IMG/VR virus record: IMGVR_UViG_3300045988_101844
Coordinates: 1-31,200 of that record
Origin: a virus
Reading direction: 5' to 3' (one strand)
Length of the DNA: 31,200 bases
The position numbers and the translations under genes were made by a program. Below are positions 19,021 to 28,966 of the stretch, in pieces. Positions within the stretch are counted from its first letter, which is position 1, and every line of letters starts with the position of its first letter. The notes under the pieces are model-generated. The model was given only the letters and a program-made list of their open reading frames with translations, was not told the origin of the DNA and made no database searches.

Positions 19021-22000
19021 TATATTGTAATATTTTTAACAGTATCTTCTGTTAGTGTTAAATTCTCTGTATATTTAACTGTTCCTGTAGGTCCATCAGT
19101 CACTTCAAATTTAAACTGAACACCTTTTTGAGCATATATTCTATAATTTCCATTATCCTGCATATAAGCCACATTCAAGAAGTTATCGTTTTCTGTAAGT
19201 ATCTGATTTACCCCAGTTGGTATAGTGCCACTTGGAGTTTCTAATTTGCCTGTAATAAGAACAGCTTTATTTGGGTCTGGAGTTTGAGTAAACATACATT
19301 TAGGACCATCTACGCCTCCTTGTTTATAAAGACTAAAGTAGAAACTCCTTTGATTATATTTAGTATTCTCATTATAAGTAACTGTTAATTCTGTTTCTCC
19401 AGGTTGCCCAGATTCAGGTGTAATGCTTACAATTTCATTTGGACTATATCATCCTAATTCTCAAGGAATATTAGAAGTAACTGTAATCTTTTTAGTCCCA
19501 GCTTTATAATCTACAACTGGATCTGAATCATCAAATGATATATATTCACCTAGATTTTGAACTCCAGCTAAATAACTATTAATATCTTGAACTTTAATAA
19601 ATTCACATCTAACTGTAGAATCTGAATTAATATCATAAGCATCAATCTTATTAAGTATCCAGTAAGAATCTTCAAAATAATAGAACTGTCTAAGTAAATC
19701 ATACTTAACATCTAAATCATCTAATCTTACAAAGCAGGTAACTTTTTTAGTATTTACATCAAATTGATCATTATAAAATTCACTTCAGAATCTACTATAA
19801 ATAGTACTTCCGATATTATAAGTTATATCATCAATATAAATCTCTTGTGGTAATCCAAAATCTCAAGAAGCAGTAACATTAGAGGACGAAACGGTATACC
19901 TTGTAAATTGAGGTAATACAGTTCTCTTTATAGCAATTTTATTCCCACTAATATCTTTCTCACTTTTAGTAGATATATAACACATTTCCTGATCATTTAA
20001 TATGTTCATTTCTGTAAGATCATCTGTAATTCAATATGTTACTTCATTTCCTTTTACATCAGTTAAAGGAACATTACCGTTAAAGAATACTAGGGATTGA
20101 GAGATATCCTCTAAAGATTCCTCATTACCATCAATTGAGAAAAATACATTTTTGGCAAATATATCATTACCTGCGATTTTATATCATTCTGTGGTTTTAG
20201 AGGGATCTATAAAATTAGCTCCGTATAACTCTTGATCTATAGTCTTAAGTTCAGTAGTGCTATTATTAAATAATGTATAGGTAATATTATCATTCATAAA
20301 TGCAGGAACTACAAGGGAAGAAGAATTGTAAAAATTTCTAAAATATTTATTTCTCCATCTTGCAGAAACTATATTTTCATATATATTATCACTATACAGT
20401 TCAGTTGTTTCAGAATTAAAATTATAACCAGTATTTAATCTTTGTTGACCATATAATATAGAATATTCCTTATTGTATTTTTTATAAAAATAAGTTTCTG
20501 GACCTTCAGAACTCATTCTATATCACTTCTTATCAAATAATATTGGATTTACATTGAAATCTTTAGAATAATCTATTCTCTTACTCCAATCAGAGATTAT
20601 ATTCTTAAAGAAATTATTTCTAGTATATATTCTGATTGTTTTACTATCAATATCTTTTGTAAAATATAACCCAAATAGTTTTGCATAACTCAATAAGTAA
20701 TCAGCAGGAGATTGTTCTGTTTTTAATAATAATTTTTTAGTTAATAATGCATTACTTTGAAGTACCTCTGTAGAAGTAGTAATTTCAATGGGAGAAGTAA
20801 GATCTACTATAAGATCTCCTTTTGGAATAGCTTGGTAATCCTCTCCTCTTTCTATTACTTCACTTAATAATCCAGTAGGTCTAACACTATTTCCAGTAGA
20901 TCATACAACATTAAGTTTAATTTTAATTTTATTAATTGGAATTTTAAAATTTGTAATATTAATAACAAAATCATTAGTTAATGAAGAAGTATCATAAAAT
21001 ACATTATTTTGAAAATACCCAAAATGATTAACCCCATTAGCTATAGGATGTGAGTAGGTTCCTGAATTTGTAAATCTATGTATTTCAGAAGTATAAATAG
21101 TATCATCTACTTCATTAGTAATTGTTAGCCAAACATCAGCGTATCCTCTATATGCTGAATAAAAAGGAGGAGCAGAGGAGCTAAAATACCTTCTAAATCC
21201 AAAAAAATATCTATCCCCAACATTTCCTGCAGTTCGATTAAACTTTAACTTAAAATAAAAAGTTGTAGAAAGGCTTTTTCTAAATCCAGCCTCACTTAAA
21301 TCAATTATTCCAGAATCGTAAACAATATCAGGTGATGCAATGGATAATTTTAAAGGACTTGATGTAGATTCTCCTTTATTTATACCTACCTGATAATTAT
21401 ATTTACTATCTTCTACTAAAAAGCCAGATTCTGTTACATCTGCTTCGTCACTTACTAGATTAGATAATAAAGGTAAAGCTACAAAGGATTTACTTCAATA
21501 CGGATTATTTCAATTAAAAAATGAAGGATCAAATACTACATCATATCCAGAATTCTCTTTTCTACAGATAGTTTCAATTAACTTACTCAATTTTAAAGCT
21601 GGCCTCTGCATATAACTTCTAAGATCTCTCATCTCCCATTCTGTATATGCTCTATTTAATTTAGCTAATCCATACCCATTATAAGGTGTATATGTAACTC
21701 CTGAATCTGTCTTACTAGTAGGAAATATACTATTTTCATTAGTATTTATTAAACAACTTTCATTATCAAAATCTTCATATAAACCATTATATGCTGGAAT
21801 AAATGTCAAATAATCATATATTTGACTTCCTTCATTCGTTTTACTTCAGTCAAAACAAGTATTTACAAAATCTTTGTTAATATAAAAATTAAGTTCAGTA
21901 TCAGCAGGAAGTGTATTTCCATCTTCATCAGTTACAAAGTATTGTAAATCAGCAAGAGTCCTAATAGTACCATCTTCTTTATATTTAAGTCCATAGAAGA

Positions 22001-22376
22001 AATCTCCTAATCCTCCATATAAAGTAATATTATAAGTAATGACAGCTTGTTTTATAGATATACTATTTAATTGCATATATCCAGATTCAACTAAATAGCC
22101 ATTATTATAGATTCCAAAATCAACTCGTTTTGAAGGATCAAAATATACTCCAGAGAAATTACCTTCTTTTATATGGAGAAATCTATCTAACTTATAAATC
22201 TCTCCAAAAATCTTATTATTATTCTTTGTGCCAGGTATAGAAATCGTTTTACTAAACGAGTTCTTGACTATAGTGGGGTTTTGGAAATCCTCAACTGTAT
22301 AAGTTATAGGAAGACTAATTCCCTCACTACAGTCAACCTCTTTATTTGCAATAAATAATTTAATATTCTTTCTCAT
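19020..22376 (-). CDS. large tail/tail-tip (host-specificity-like) protein with C-terminal BACON-like domain, 1118 aa (code 4)
   Basis: Track ORFs 21846..22376, 21510..21809, 20184..20516 and 19020..19295 share one frame. Eleven in-frame TGA at 21846, 21510, 21495, 20901, 20523, 20184, 20031, 19863, 19785, 19461 and 19449. I translated all gaps and found no TAA/TAG. TAA at 19020-19022 overlaps the next ATG (TAATG). Confidence 0.8.
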
Positions 22377-22377
22377 T

Positions 22378-24558
22378 TTATTTTCTATATTTATCTTGAG
22401 AAGCTTCTACATTAATTGTATAATAGAACTTGTTTTTACCTTGATTAGTATAAGTTTTATATTCGCAATTTGTATCAGTAATCAATACTGGAGTGATAGT
22501 ATTATCTTTAAGATTATGCAAATATACTTTAGTACTCTCAATTAGATTAAACATCTTAGAAGCTTGAATATCATTTAAATAACCAGTATAAAGAACCCAG
22601 CTTGAAGTTATAGTATTCAAATACTTATTTCTTGCAAACTCTTGTGATGTATTTAATACCTTACGAGTATATGTTTCAGATTTAATCTCATCATTCTTTT
22701 TAACATTACCCTCAACAAGTAATGAATCCCATCCACCTGCTGAATTAGTATAATATAATACATAATCTTTACCTGTAGTATCTATATCATATCTAATCTG
22801 TCTATCACTAATATTTCCGTCTTCTACAAATCCTACTATTAAATAGCTCCCACAAGGCCATAGTTTATTGCTTAAATCTTCTGTATATGTATACCCATTA
22901 ATTCCAGAATTTAAACTAATATCCATAGCAGATTGTACTCCATCCATATAAAAGAATCTATTAATAACTCCAGTTCCAGTTGGTAGAATTCAACTTGATA
23001 CTAAATACTGCCTGGGATCAACTAAACCAGTAATAGGATCACTTAACATAGCGCCTTTAGTTAGATCTCTATCTTTATAACTCCAGTCATTGAAGAAAGT
23101 AATTGGTTTTTCATTTCCACTAGATGTCATCAAAGTAAATGGTTTCAAATATTCTGGAGATATTATAGTTTTAGAAGTATTAAATATAATACCGTTAGAT
23201 AGATAATTTTCAGCAACATTATTTAATAAAAACTCTACTCTATCAGTTTCAGGATATTTATAAGCTTTTCCAGCATAGACCGTATCCCCTGCATAATCTA
23301 AATGATATTCAATAAAATCTGAACTAATAATCTCTTCCCAAACATAATCTTTCCAAATAGGAGATATATCAGATTTAACAGATTGTGTAATATTAATAGA
23401 TAAATTAATAATACTTGAACTATTCTTTATAACAGATACTCCAATAGTTGCTTGTCTAGAAGATAAACCTGAATTTTCTGCAATGTTCAAACTAATAGTT
23501 GCTACACCTTGAGGATTCACAGTTATCTTCTGTCCACTAATCCAACCTACAGGAATGCTAAATACAACATCATCTAAGTTGTTTGAGCCTGTACCAGTTA
23601 TATTTAATGTAGATGCAGTTCAACTTACTTCATAATTAGTATTAGGAATCATTAAAGATGTTGCAGCTTGTTTAATTGGAACTGTAGCTTCAAGATTATA
23701 ACCTCCAGAAGTTGTTGCAGTAACCATTGCACTAAACTCCAAATTATTAGTAGTTTTATTCTCTGGAACAGTTAATACAAAATAGTTATCAACACTATCC
23801 TTTTTAATATTACTAGCTTGTGGACAGGTAACATTAAATGAAGTAATAGTTTCTTCTGTTTTAGTTGTACTTAAATGAAATTCTTCAGTAACAAAAGCAG
23901 CTGCTCCATAAGTTCCAGAAGAAGGAGTTACTACTAACTTTAAATCTTCAGGAGTATTACTCTTTTCAATCTTAAAGCCATAACTATAACTAATAAATTT
24001 ATTAGTATCATAATAAGCCCCTAATTGGATAGTTGCAGTTAAATCAGTATTTCATTGAGTATTAGCTCTTACTGTAACTTTAAACTTAATAGAGCAAGAA
24101 TCTCAATCCAGAACTTCCATATTAACTAAAGCTGTAGCATTAACAACTGCTGCATCTCATTTAATAATATCTGATCTATTTAATATATACTCTACTGTAT
24201 ATTCTCCACCAGTATTTGGTACTTTAATGGTGCCATTAGCAGGATAATATCCAGGAGCTTTACTATGTAAATTAATTGGTAAATCTTCCTCTAATAAAGC
24301 AGTAGTAATGCCTCTAGGATAAAAATGAAATACAGTAGAAGAATCAGTAGTTATTGTTGTAGGAGATAAAAATTGTATTGTACATCCTTCTTTACTTGGA
24401 TCCTGTATAGTTACATTTAAAGGCCCTTCTTCAGTATAATCATCTCCCCAAGTCCAATAATCATATTCTCCAGTAATTCCCCATCCAGGATTATTCCATT
24501 TAACAGGAAAACTCCTTGATGCATTATATATTCCTAATTTACTTGGTATAAATGCCAT
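22378..24558 (-). CDS. tail/virion surface protein with BACON-like/Ig-like repeats, 726 aa (code 4)
   Basis: Track ORFs 24157..24558, 22990..23520 and 22378..22947 share one frame. TGA at 24157, 24103, 24052, 23620 and 22990. I translated the 636-nt gap 23521..24156 and found it open. BACON-like segment VGWISGQKITVNPQGVATISLNIAENSGLSSRQATIGV. Confidence 0.8.
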
Positions 24559-24560
24559 TT

Positions 24561-25049
24561 TTAAAAGTTTTTAAATAAATAATAATCTACTTGTCCTTGT
24601 AAGTCTTTAGTTATAGCATCATCAAGAAGTTCCATATAGTTGTTCTCTATATATTCTAGAGTATTAGCAAGTGGATGTTTTCCTTGAGTTCCTTGAAGAT
24701 GTATCTTTCTTCCAATTAAATATGCAAGTTGATCTACAGTAGGTAACTTGCCATTATAAGGTCTTGGAATTACTGGCTTAGTTTTAATCCAACTCTTTAT
24801 ATCAGATAATGGAGGAAATTTACCAGCAGCTCTGCCTTCTTCAACATATTCTCAATAATCTAATAAGCTAAAATTAACCTCATAGTCTCCATCCTGAGTC
24901 TCAACTATATAGTTTAAACTATTACCTAATGCTCCAGTGTCATCAGATCTGGTTTTAACTAATTCCTGTCTATAAAGAGAAATTATAAGATCTCCTCACT
25001 TCCTTAATAGCTCACTTAAATTTGAGAACTTTAATTCTTGAATATTCAT
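24561..25049 (-). CDS. hypothetical virion protein, possibly HK97 gp10-like tail-completion protein, 162 aa (code 4)
   Basis: Absent from the track because TGA at 24996-24998 and 24852-24854 split it. ATG 25049, TAA 24561-24563. Contains LLDY[W]EYVEEGRAAGKFPPLSDIKSWIKTK. The functional call is weak. Confidence 0.6.
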
Positions 25050-25055
25050 TTTTGT

Positions 25056-25064
25056 TAAAATATA
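25056..25064 (-). promoter_or_regulatory. TATATTTTA motif (candidate phage promoter element)
   Basis: The minus strand reads TATATTTTAA, 6 nt upstream of ATG 25049 and after hairpin 25091..25115. Confidence 0.3.
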
Positions 25065-25090
25065 TTATTTTATATATTAGTAGCTAATGA

Positions 25091-25115
25091 AAATAGGGAG
25101 GTTTACTCCCTATTT
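25091..25115 (-). terminator. hairpin, probable terminator
   Basis: Perfect 10-bp stem: aaatagggag (25091-25100) pairs with ctccctattt (25106-25115) around a 5-nt loop. The minus strand continues tcattagc, with part of the U-run inside the stem. Shares the aaatagggag arm with the hairpin at 6611..6632. Confidence 0.5.
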
Positions 25116-25120
25116 TATAT

Positions 25121-25168
25121 GTAACTTTTTTATATTATATTAGTACCAAATATGAGTAAAAAGGTTAC
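25121..25168. repeat. 48-nt intergenic element, copy A
   Basis: gtaacttttttatattatattagtaccaaatatgagtaaaaaggttac. See copy B at 16193..16240. Confidence 0.8.
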
Positions 25169-25313
25169 AGTTAATGTTTTCTTTTTCATTCTTCAATCTG
25201 TCTATTTTCTTCATTAGCTTTATCTATAACATAGCATATAAGATTCAGGAACTCTTTAATCTGCATATCATATATCTGATGCCAATTAAATCTGGTAACT
25301 TCACTTACCTTAT

Positions 25314-25955
25314 CTATTCAGATAATTCAGCTTCATTTTTGAGTAAAAGGATTAATCGTCTCGTCTGTATTAAGCTCTCCAGAAGTTTCCTCCTTTCCAG
25401 TTTGTCCTTGGTTTTCCTTAGTCTCTTCTTCATCTCCCTTTCCGAAGAGTGTAGGGTACTCAGCGTTGATACTTGCAATAAGTTTACAAAAAAAAACATT
25501 ATGTCTGAAAATATATCTATTGTTAGATGGGTATTTAAGAATTCTGCCTCATCAATAGGGTCATAATCTTCTCCATACTTCTTTCCATTAGGTAGCAAGA
25601 AACAAGCTGCTAGATTAGGCATAAAATCATCATACTGCTTATAAAAATTCTGAAAGTCAATATATTGACTGGCCGTCATCTTATTAACATTAAAAAAGAC
25701 TTTATATTCTTTATTACCAATATTATAAGTAGTTTCTGGAGTTTTTGGCTTATATGGAGTCTCTATAAATTTAAGATTATTTATAAATTCTTGCAGCTTG
25801 TTTACTTCCATATTAGTTATATCTTCTATAGGTATATCACTAAGTACGGATACCATAGCTAAATTCATATCTAATTCATTTTCCCAGTCTTTTCGTATTA
25901 TCTCAAACAGTCTTTTATAATGAGATAAATCCATTTCATTCCAATTCTTTATCAT
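25314..25955 (-). CDS. hypothetical protein, 213 aa
   Basis: Intact track ORF. Its ATG shares a base with the TerL TAA (TAATG). TAG stop at 25314-25316. Basic, helical C-terminus. No confident family assignment. Confidence 0.6.
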   Translation of the reverse strand: MIKNWNEMDLSHYKRLFEIIRKDWENELDMNLAMVSVLSDIPIEDITNMEVNKLQEFINNLKFIETPYKPKTPETTYNIGNKEYKVFFNVNKMTASQYIDFQNFYKQYDDFMPNLAACFLLPNGKKYGEDYDPIDEAEFLNTHLTIDIFSDIMFFFVNLLQVSTLSTLHSSEREMKKRLRKTKDKLERRKLLESLIQTRRLILLLKNEAELSE

Positions 25956-27238
25956 TATTTAATTGCAATATTATAAGTTCCTTTATTTGTATTTAAAGCA
26001 TCATAAGCTAACATTAAAGATATACAAGTATCATCATTAAATCCAGATGGAGCATTATATGATACATTTCCAGTCTTTGGATTATAACTGGCTTCATATA
26101 GTCTTAATTCATTTAATAGTTTATCATCCTTTAAAATACCAATCTTTTCGTTTTCTAATGCCGCTTGTAGCTTATTTACAATAGCTGCCTTAGACTTATT
26201 AGTAGTTAAAAACTTAACTATCCGTAATTTAGGATTCCTTTTTACAAGAATATCATAAAACACTGAACCTATTGAGTTTTGTTCGACTTGAACTATCTTT
26301 ATAAATCCCTGATACTCAGTAAATATATTTGTCAGTAAATCAACTTGTTCTGTTGGAGTTTTGTCGTTAAAATACTTTATAAAGACCATCTGCCCATTTT
26401 CATTTAAAGCTGTAATACAAGTATAGTCTTTACCAGAACCAGTAGCCCAGTCAACTCCAATATAGAGATTATGATATTCAGGTTTTTTATCAATTATACA
26501 GTTAGCTATATTATTAAATAGGCAACCATCATCATCTGCAAACTCTCCAAGATATTCAGTTCTAAATTTATTTTTGGAGGTTGTAAGGCGATACATTTCA
26601 AGTTTATCCTCACTTAACAGCATAGAAGTATCTTCTAATGCTCAATCAAAGGATTGATAATATTTACTAAAATTACCATCAAAGCCCTTTTTAAAGCATT
26701 CATAAAAGAATCCTTCTCTAAACCTTGGAGTACTAATTATAAGTATTGGAGCATTCCATACATCAGCGATAGGTGTTAAAATTTCGTATACTTCATCTGA
26801 TATATAAGCTGCTTCGTCAATTACTAATATTCCACTAACTGTAAATCCTCGTAATGAATCTTTTTGCTCAGCAGATTTAAATAGTATTTCACTCCCATTA
26901 GTAAATTCAATCTCAAGCAAAGATTCATTCTTTTTCTTAATAATATCTGTGCCATCTAATGCCTTTACTAACTCTTTAAATATCTTTCTGGAGTTAGTAA
27001 GAGTTGGTTCAACAATACAGCTAATACTTCCAGGATAGTTAATTGAAAATCGTAATAGTTCATTTTCTGCCATAAAGGATTTACCACATTGTCTCTTTGC
27101 TTTTACAGTAAATATTTTTCCAGACCTATAAGAGTGCTCTAAAGCAGTATGTACCTTTAATTGATAGATAAATGGGCTATATCCTTTATATATTTTTGTC
27201 ATTGTTAATTGGATCTCCAAATTTAAACTGGACTTCAT
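25955..27238 (-). CDS. terL: terminase large subunit, 427 aa (code 4)
   Basis: Track ORFs 26642..27238 (ATPase; Walker A KAKRQCGKSF, Walker B ILVIDEAAY) and 25955..26623 (nuclease half; IGVDWATGSGKDYT, GFNDDTCISL) share a frame. They are joined by one TGA at 26642-26644 (YQSFD-W-ALEDTS). An alternative start at ATG 27202 would cut the overlap with terS to 17 nt. Confidence 0.9.
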
Positions 27239-27629
27239 TATTCTGAATAGCTACAATAGTCTCAGGTTGATTTAATCCAAACATACTATTTATAGTCTTA
27301 ATAATCTCATTTGCAGCTCTAATATCTCCCTTACTAATAGCAGTATCCAGTAATGATTCCAATCTTGATAATTGTATATGTCTAAGATTTTTTATAAGGT
27401 TATCATTCTTTTCAGCAATTATCTTATAAGCTTCTCCAATATATCTTGCAGCCGTTGATTGGCTTACATTATATTTACTTTGAAGTTCTTCACTTACTTT
27501 ATTCCTTGACCATCCTTTATTAAATAACCTTGCAGCATAAAGATATTTAGTCTTTACTTCGTCTATTTGTTCCTTTTCTACCTCTGCCTTTTTCGGTCTC
27601 CCTACTTTCTTCTTTATTTGCTCCTTCAT
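27186..27629 (-). CDS. terS: terminase small subunit-like DNA-binding protein, 147 aa
   Basis: Track ORF 27186..27635 starts at TTG; ATG is at 27629 (MKEQIKKKVGRPKK). N-terminal HTH-like segment, position immediately upstream of TerL. Confidence 0.6.
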   Translation of the reverse strand: MKEQIKKKVGRPKKAEVEKEQIDEVKTKYLYAARLFNKGWSRNKVSEELQSKYNVSQSTAARYIGEAYKIIAEKNDNLIKNLRHIQLSRLESLLDTAISKGDIRAANEIIKTINSMFGLNQPETIVAIQNNEVQFKFGDPINNDKNI

Positions 27630-27879
27630 CCTCAATAGTTTTTAGTTTTTCAACATATTCAAAGTAGTAAACTCCAAGTCTCTTTATAAGGTTAAGAACA
27701 CAAGTTCCGCAGTTTATATTCATTTTATATGGCTGCTCTATTAGTTCCTCATAAATAGCTCTCATCCTTTCAGTATCTTCTTTTTGGATGTTACGACAAT
27801 AGTTAGCTCTAACAGCACATTTAAACCTATTATCGAATTTACTTAAATATTCATACTGTTCTTTTGTTAATTCTTTCAT
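27547..27879 (-). CDS. hypothetical Cys-containing protein, 110 aa
   Basis: Intact track ORF with CAVRANYC and CGTC pairs (possible zinc binding). The last 83 nt overlap terS in another frame. Confidence 0.45.
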   Translation of the reverse strand: MKELTKEQYEYLSKFDNRFKCAVRANYCRNIQKEDTERMRAIYEELIEQPYKMNINCGTCVLNLIKRLGVYYFEYVEKLKTIEDEGANKEESRETEKGRGRKGTNRRSKD

Positions 27880-27901
27880 TTTTATTTAAAATATATTATT
27901 T

Positions 27902-28228
27902 TTAATCCAAGTATTTATAAACTATATCTATTAGTTTGGTAATCATATCTTTAATTAGAATCATACAATCCTTTATAACTGGAGTCATAAATGCGATTAA
28001 AGCAATATATGCAATCATTAAGAAGCTTAATTGTCCAGTTACTAAGATATATAGTAAACTTGCCCACCAAGTACAGCATAGAGAACATCCAAATAAAGGT
28101 ATAGACCAATCAGTATATTTAACTCCAGGATATAGTTTACTTCATACCCATCTATTTGCCTTGTCCATAGCTCCAGATAAATCAATACAGAAGACAAGAA
28201 TAATAGCTATAAAAAGTATGCTTAACAT
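27902..28228 (-). CDS. small multi-pass membrane protein, 108 aa (code 4)
   Basis: Absent from the track because TGA at 28142-28144 splits it. ATG 28228, TAA 27902-27904. Sequence MLSILFIAIILVFC...ANRWV[W]SKLYPGVKYTDWSIPLFGCSLCCTWWASLLYILVTG. The plus-strand track ORF 27936..28250 is its shadow. Confidence 0.6.
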
Positions 28229-28467
28229 AATCTCTCTCTTATTTGTTTAATAAATCTCTGAATAGTCGTATGACTAATTCCCAGAATCTTCCCAACTTCT
28301 CTATAACTTCGATATTCAGCATATAAGATAATTATGGTCTTATCTGCTCTATTTAATGCCTCTCATTTCGGATAAATTGCAAGTAATCTATCATCCATCT
28401 CTGTAAAGGTATCTATTTCAAAGTTATACTCAATTAATAAATCATCAATATTAATCTTCTGCTTCAT
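28222..28467 (-). CDS. small HTH protein (sigma-70 region 4 / LuxR-like), 81 aa (code 4)
   Basis: Absent from the track because of TGA at 28363-28365. ATG 28467, TAA 28222-28224. C-terminal HTH: RADKTIIILYAEYRSYREVGKILGISHTTIQRFIKQIRERL. Confidence 0.55.
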
Positions 28468-28966
28468 AATACTTTCATTTAAATCCTTTTGAAGTTAATT
28501 GTCTTCCTTTTAAACAGGCAATAATGTTTGATATAATAAATCCATTTCTCTTTAATTCATTTATTGAAGGTCATACTTTAATAATATTGTTATCTATATC
28601 TAACTGCACAACTCGCTTGGAACTTTTATTATTCTGGCAGTTTTTAACAAAATTATTAATTCTATTGCCGTAAGTAAGATTATAAGACCTTGTACATCAT
28701 TCTAAGTTTTCTATAACATTATTGCATTTATTTTCATCAATATGATTTATTTCACAATAACTGTTAGGATTTGGAATAAACGCTTCTGCTACTAGCCGAT
28801 GTATATAAAAATTTTTTCTACCTTGTTTATTATATAAACAAACAAAAGAATATCCACTATTGGATCGCATAGGTTTAATAACTCCTCTAACACTTTTAAC
28901 TCTGCCTAAAGTGCTAATCTGGTAGTTCGGGTAATTCGTTATATTCTTCCAGGTCTCCATCATCAT
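28451..28966 (-). CDS. HNH homing endonuclease (NUMOD4-like N-terminus, HNH_3 core), 171 aa (code 4)
   Basis: Track ORF 28697..28966 ends ...NHIDENKCNNVIENLE at TGA 28697-28699, completing NLEW-CTRSYN. Further TGA at 28571-28573 and 28475-28477 (KGFK[W]KYYEAED). TAA at 28451-28453. Confidence 0.85.

Noticed and set aside
18146-19030. Three plus-strand track ORFs (18146..18400, 18539..18799, 18842..19030).
   Set aside because: They are antisense shadows within the tape-measure-like gene. Long stop-free antisense frames are expected in a repetitive Ala/Lys/Glu-rich gene.
16252-24558. The fragmented ORFs could be read as pseudogenes, frameshifted genes or sequencing errors in the tail region.
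   Set aside because: Every interruption is TGA, never TAA or TAG. Adjacent fragments always stay in the same frame, and the interruptions fall on conserved Trp positions. The same pattern occurs in essential genes such as TerL and the endolysin. Decay or sequencing error would give mixed stop types and frameshifts.
25171-25266. A possible 31-aa minus-strand ORF (MQIKEFLNLICYVIDKANEENRQIEE[W]KRKH) in the intergenic region next to the 48-nt element.
   Set aside because: It is too short, has no recognisable features and sits 47 nt after the upstream stop. I did not call it as a gene, though it cannot be excluded.
25174-25566. Plus-strand track ORF of 130 aa, and the neighbouring 25665..25862 (+).
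   Set aside because: Both are low-complexity, Phe/Ser/Leu/Ile-rich translations antisense to the well-formed minus-strand gene 25314..25955 and the adjacent intergenic DNA. They have no supporting context.
27936-28250. Plus-strand track ORF of 104 aa, starting at TTG.
   Set aside because: It is the antisense shadow of the minus-strand membrane protein gene 27902..28228, which fits the operon packing: its ATG overlaps the upstream stop and it ends in TAA 22 nt before the next start.
6639-28916. TAG might also be reassigned.
   Set aside because: The three in-frame TAG codons I met (6639-6641, 25314-25316, 28914-28916) all sit at sensible gene ends, followed by a terminator, non-coding DNA or the next gene. 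No joined gene requires TAG read-through.
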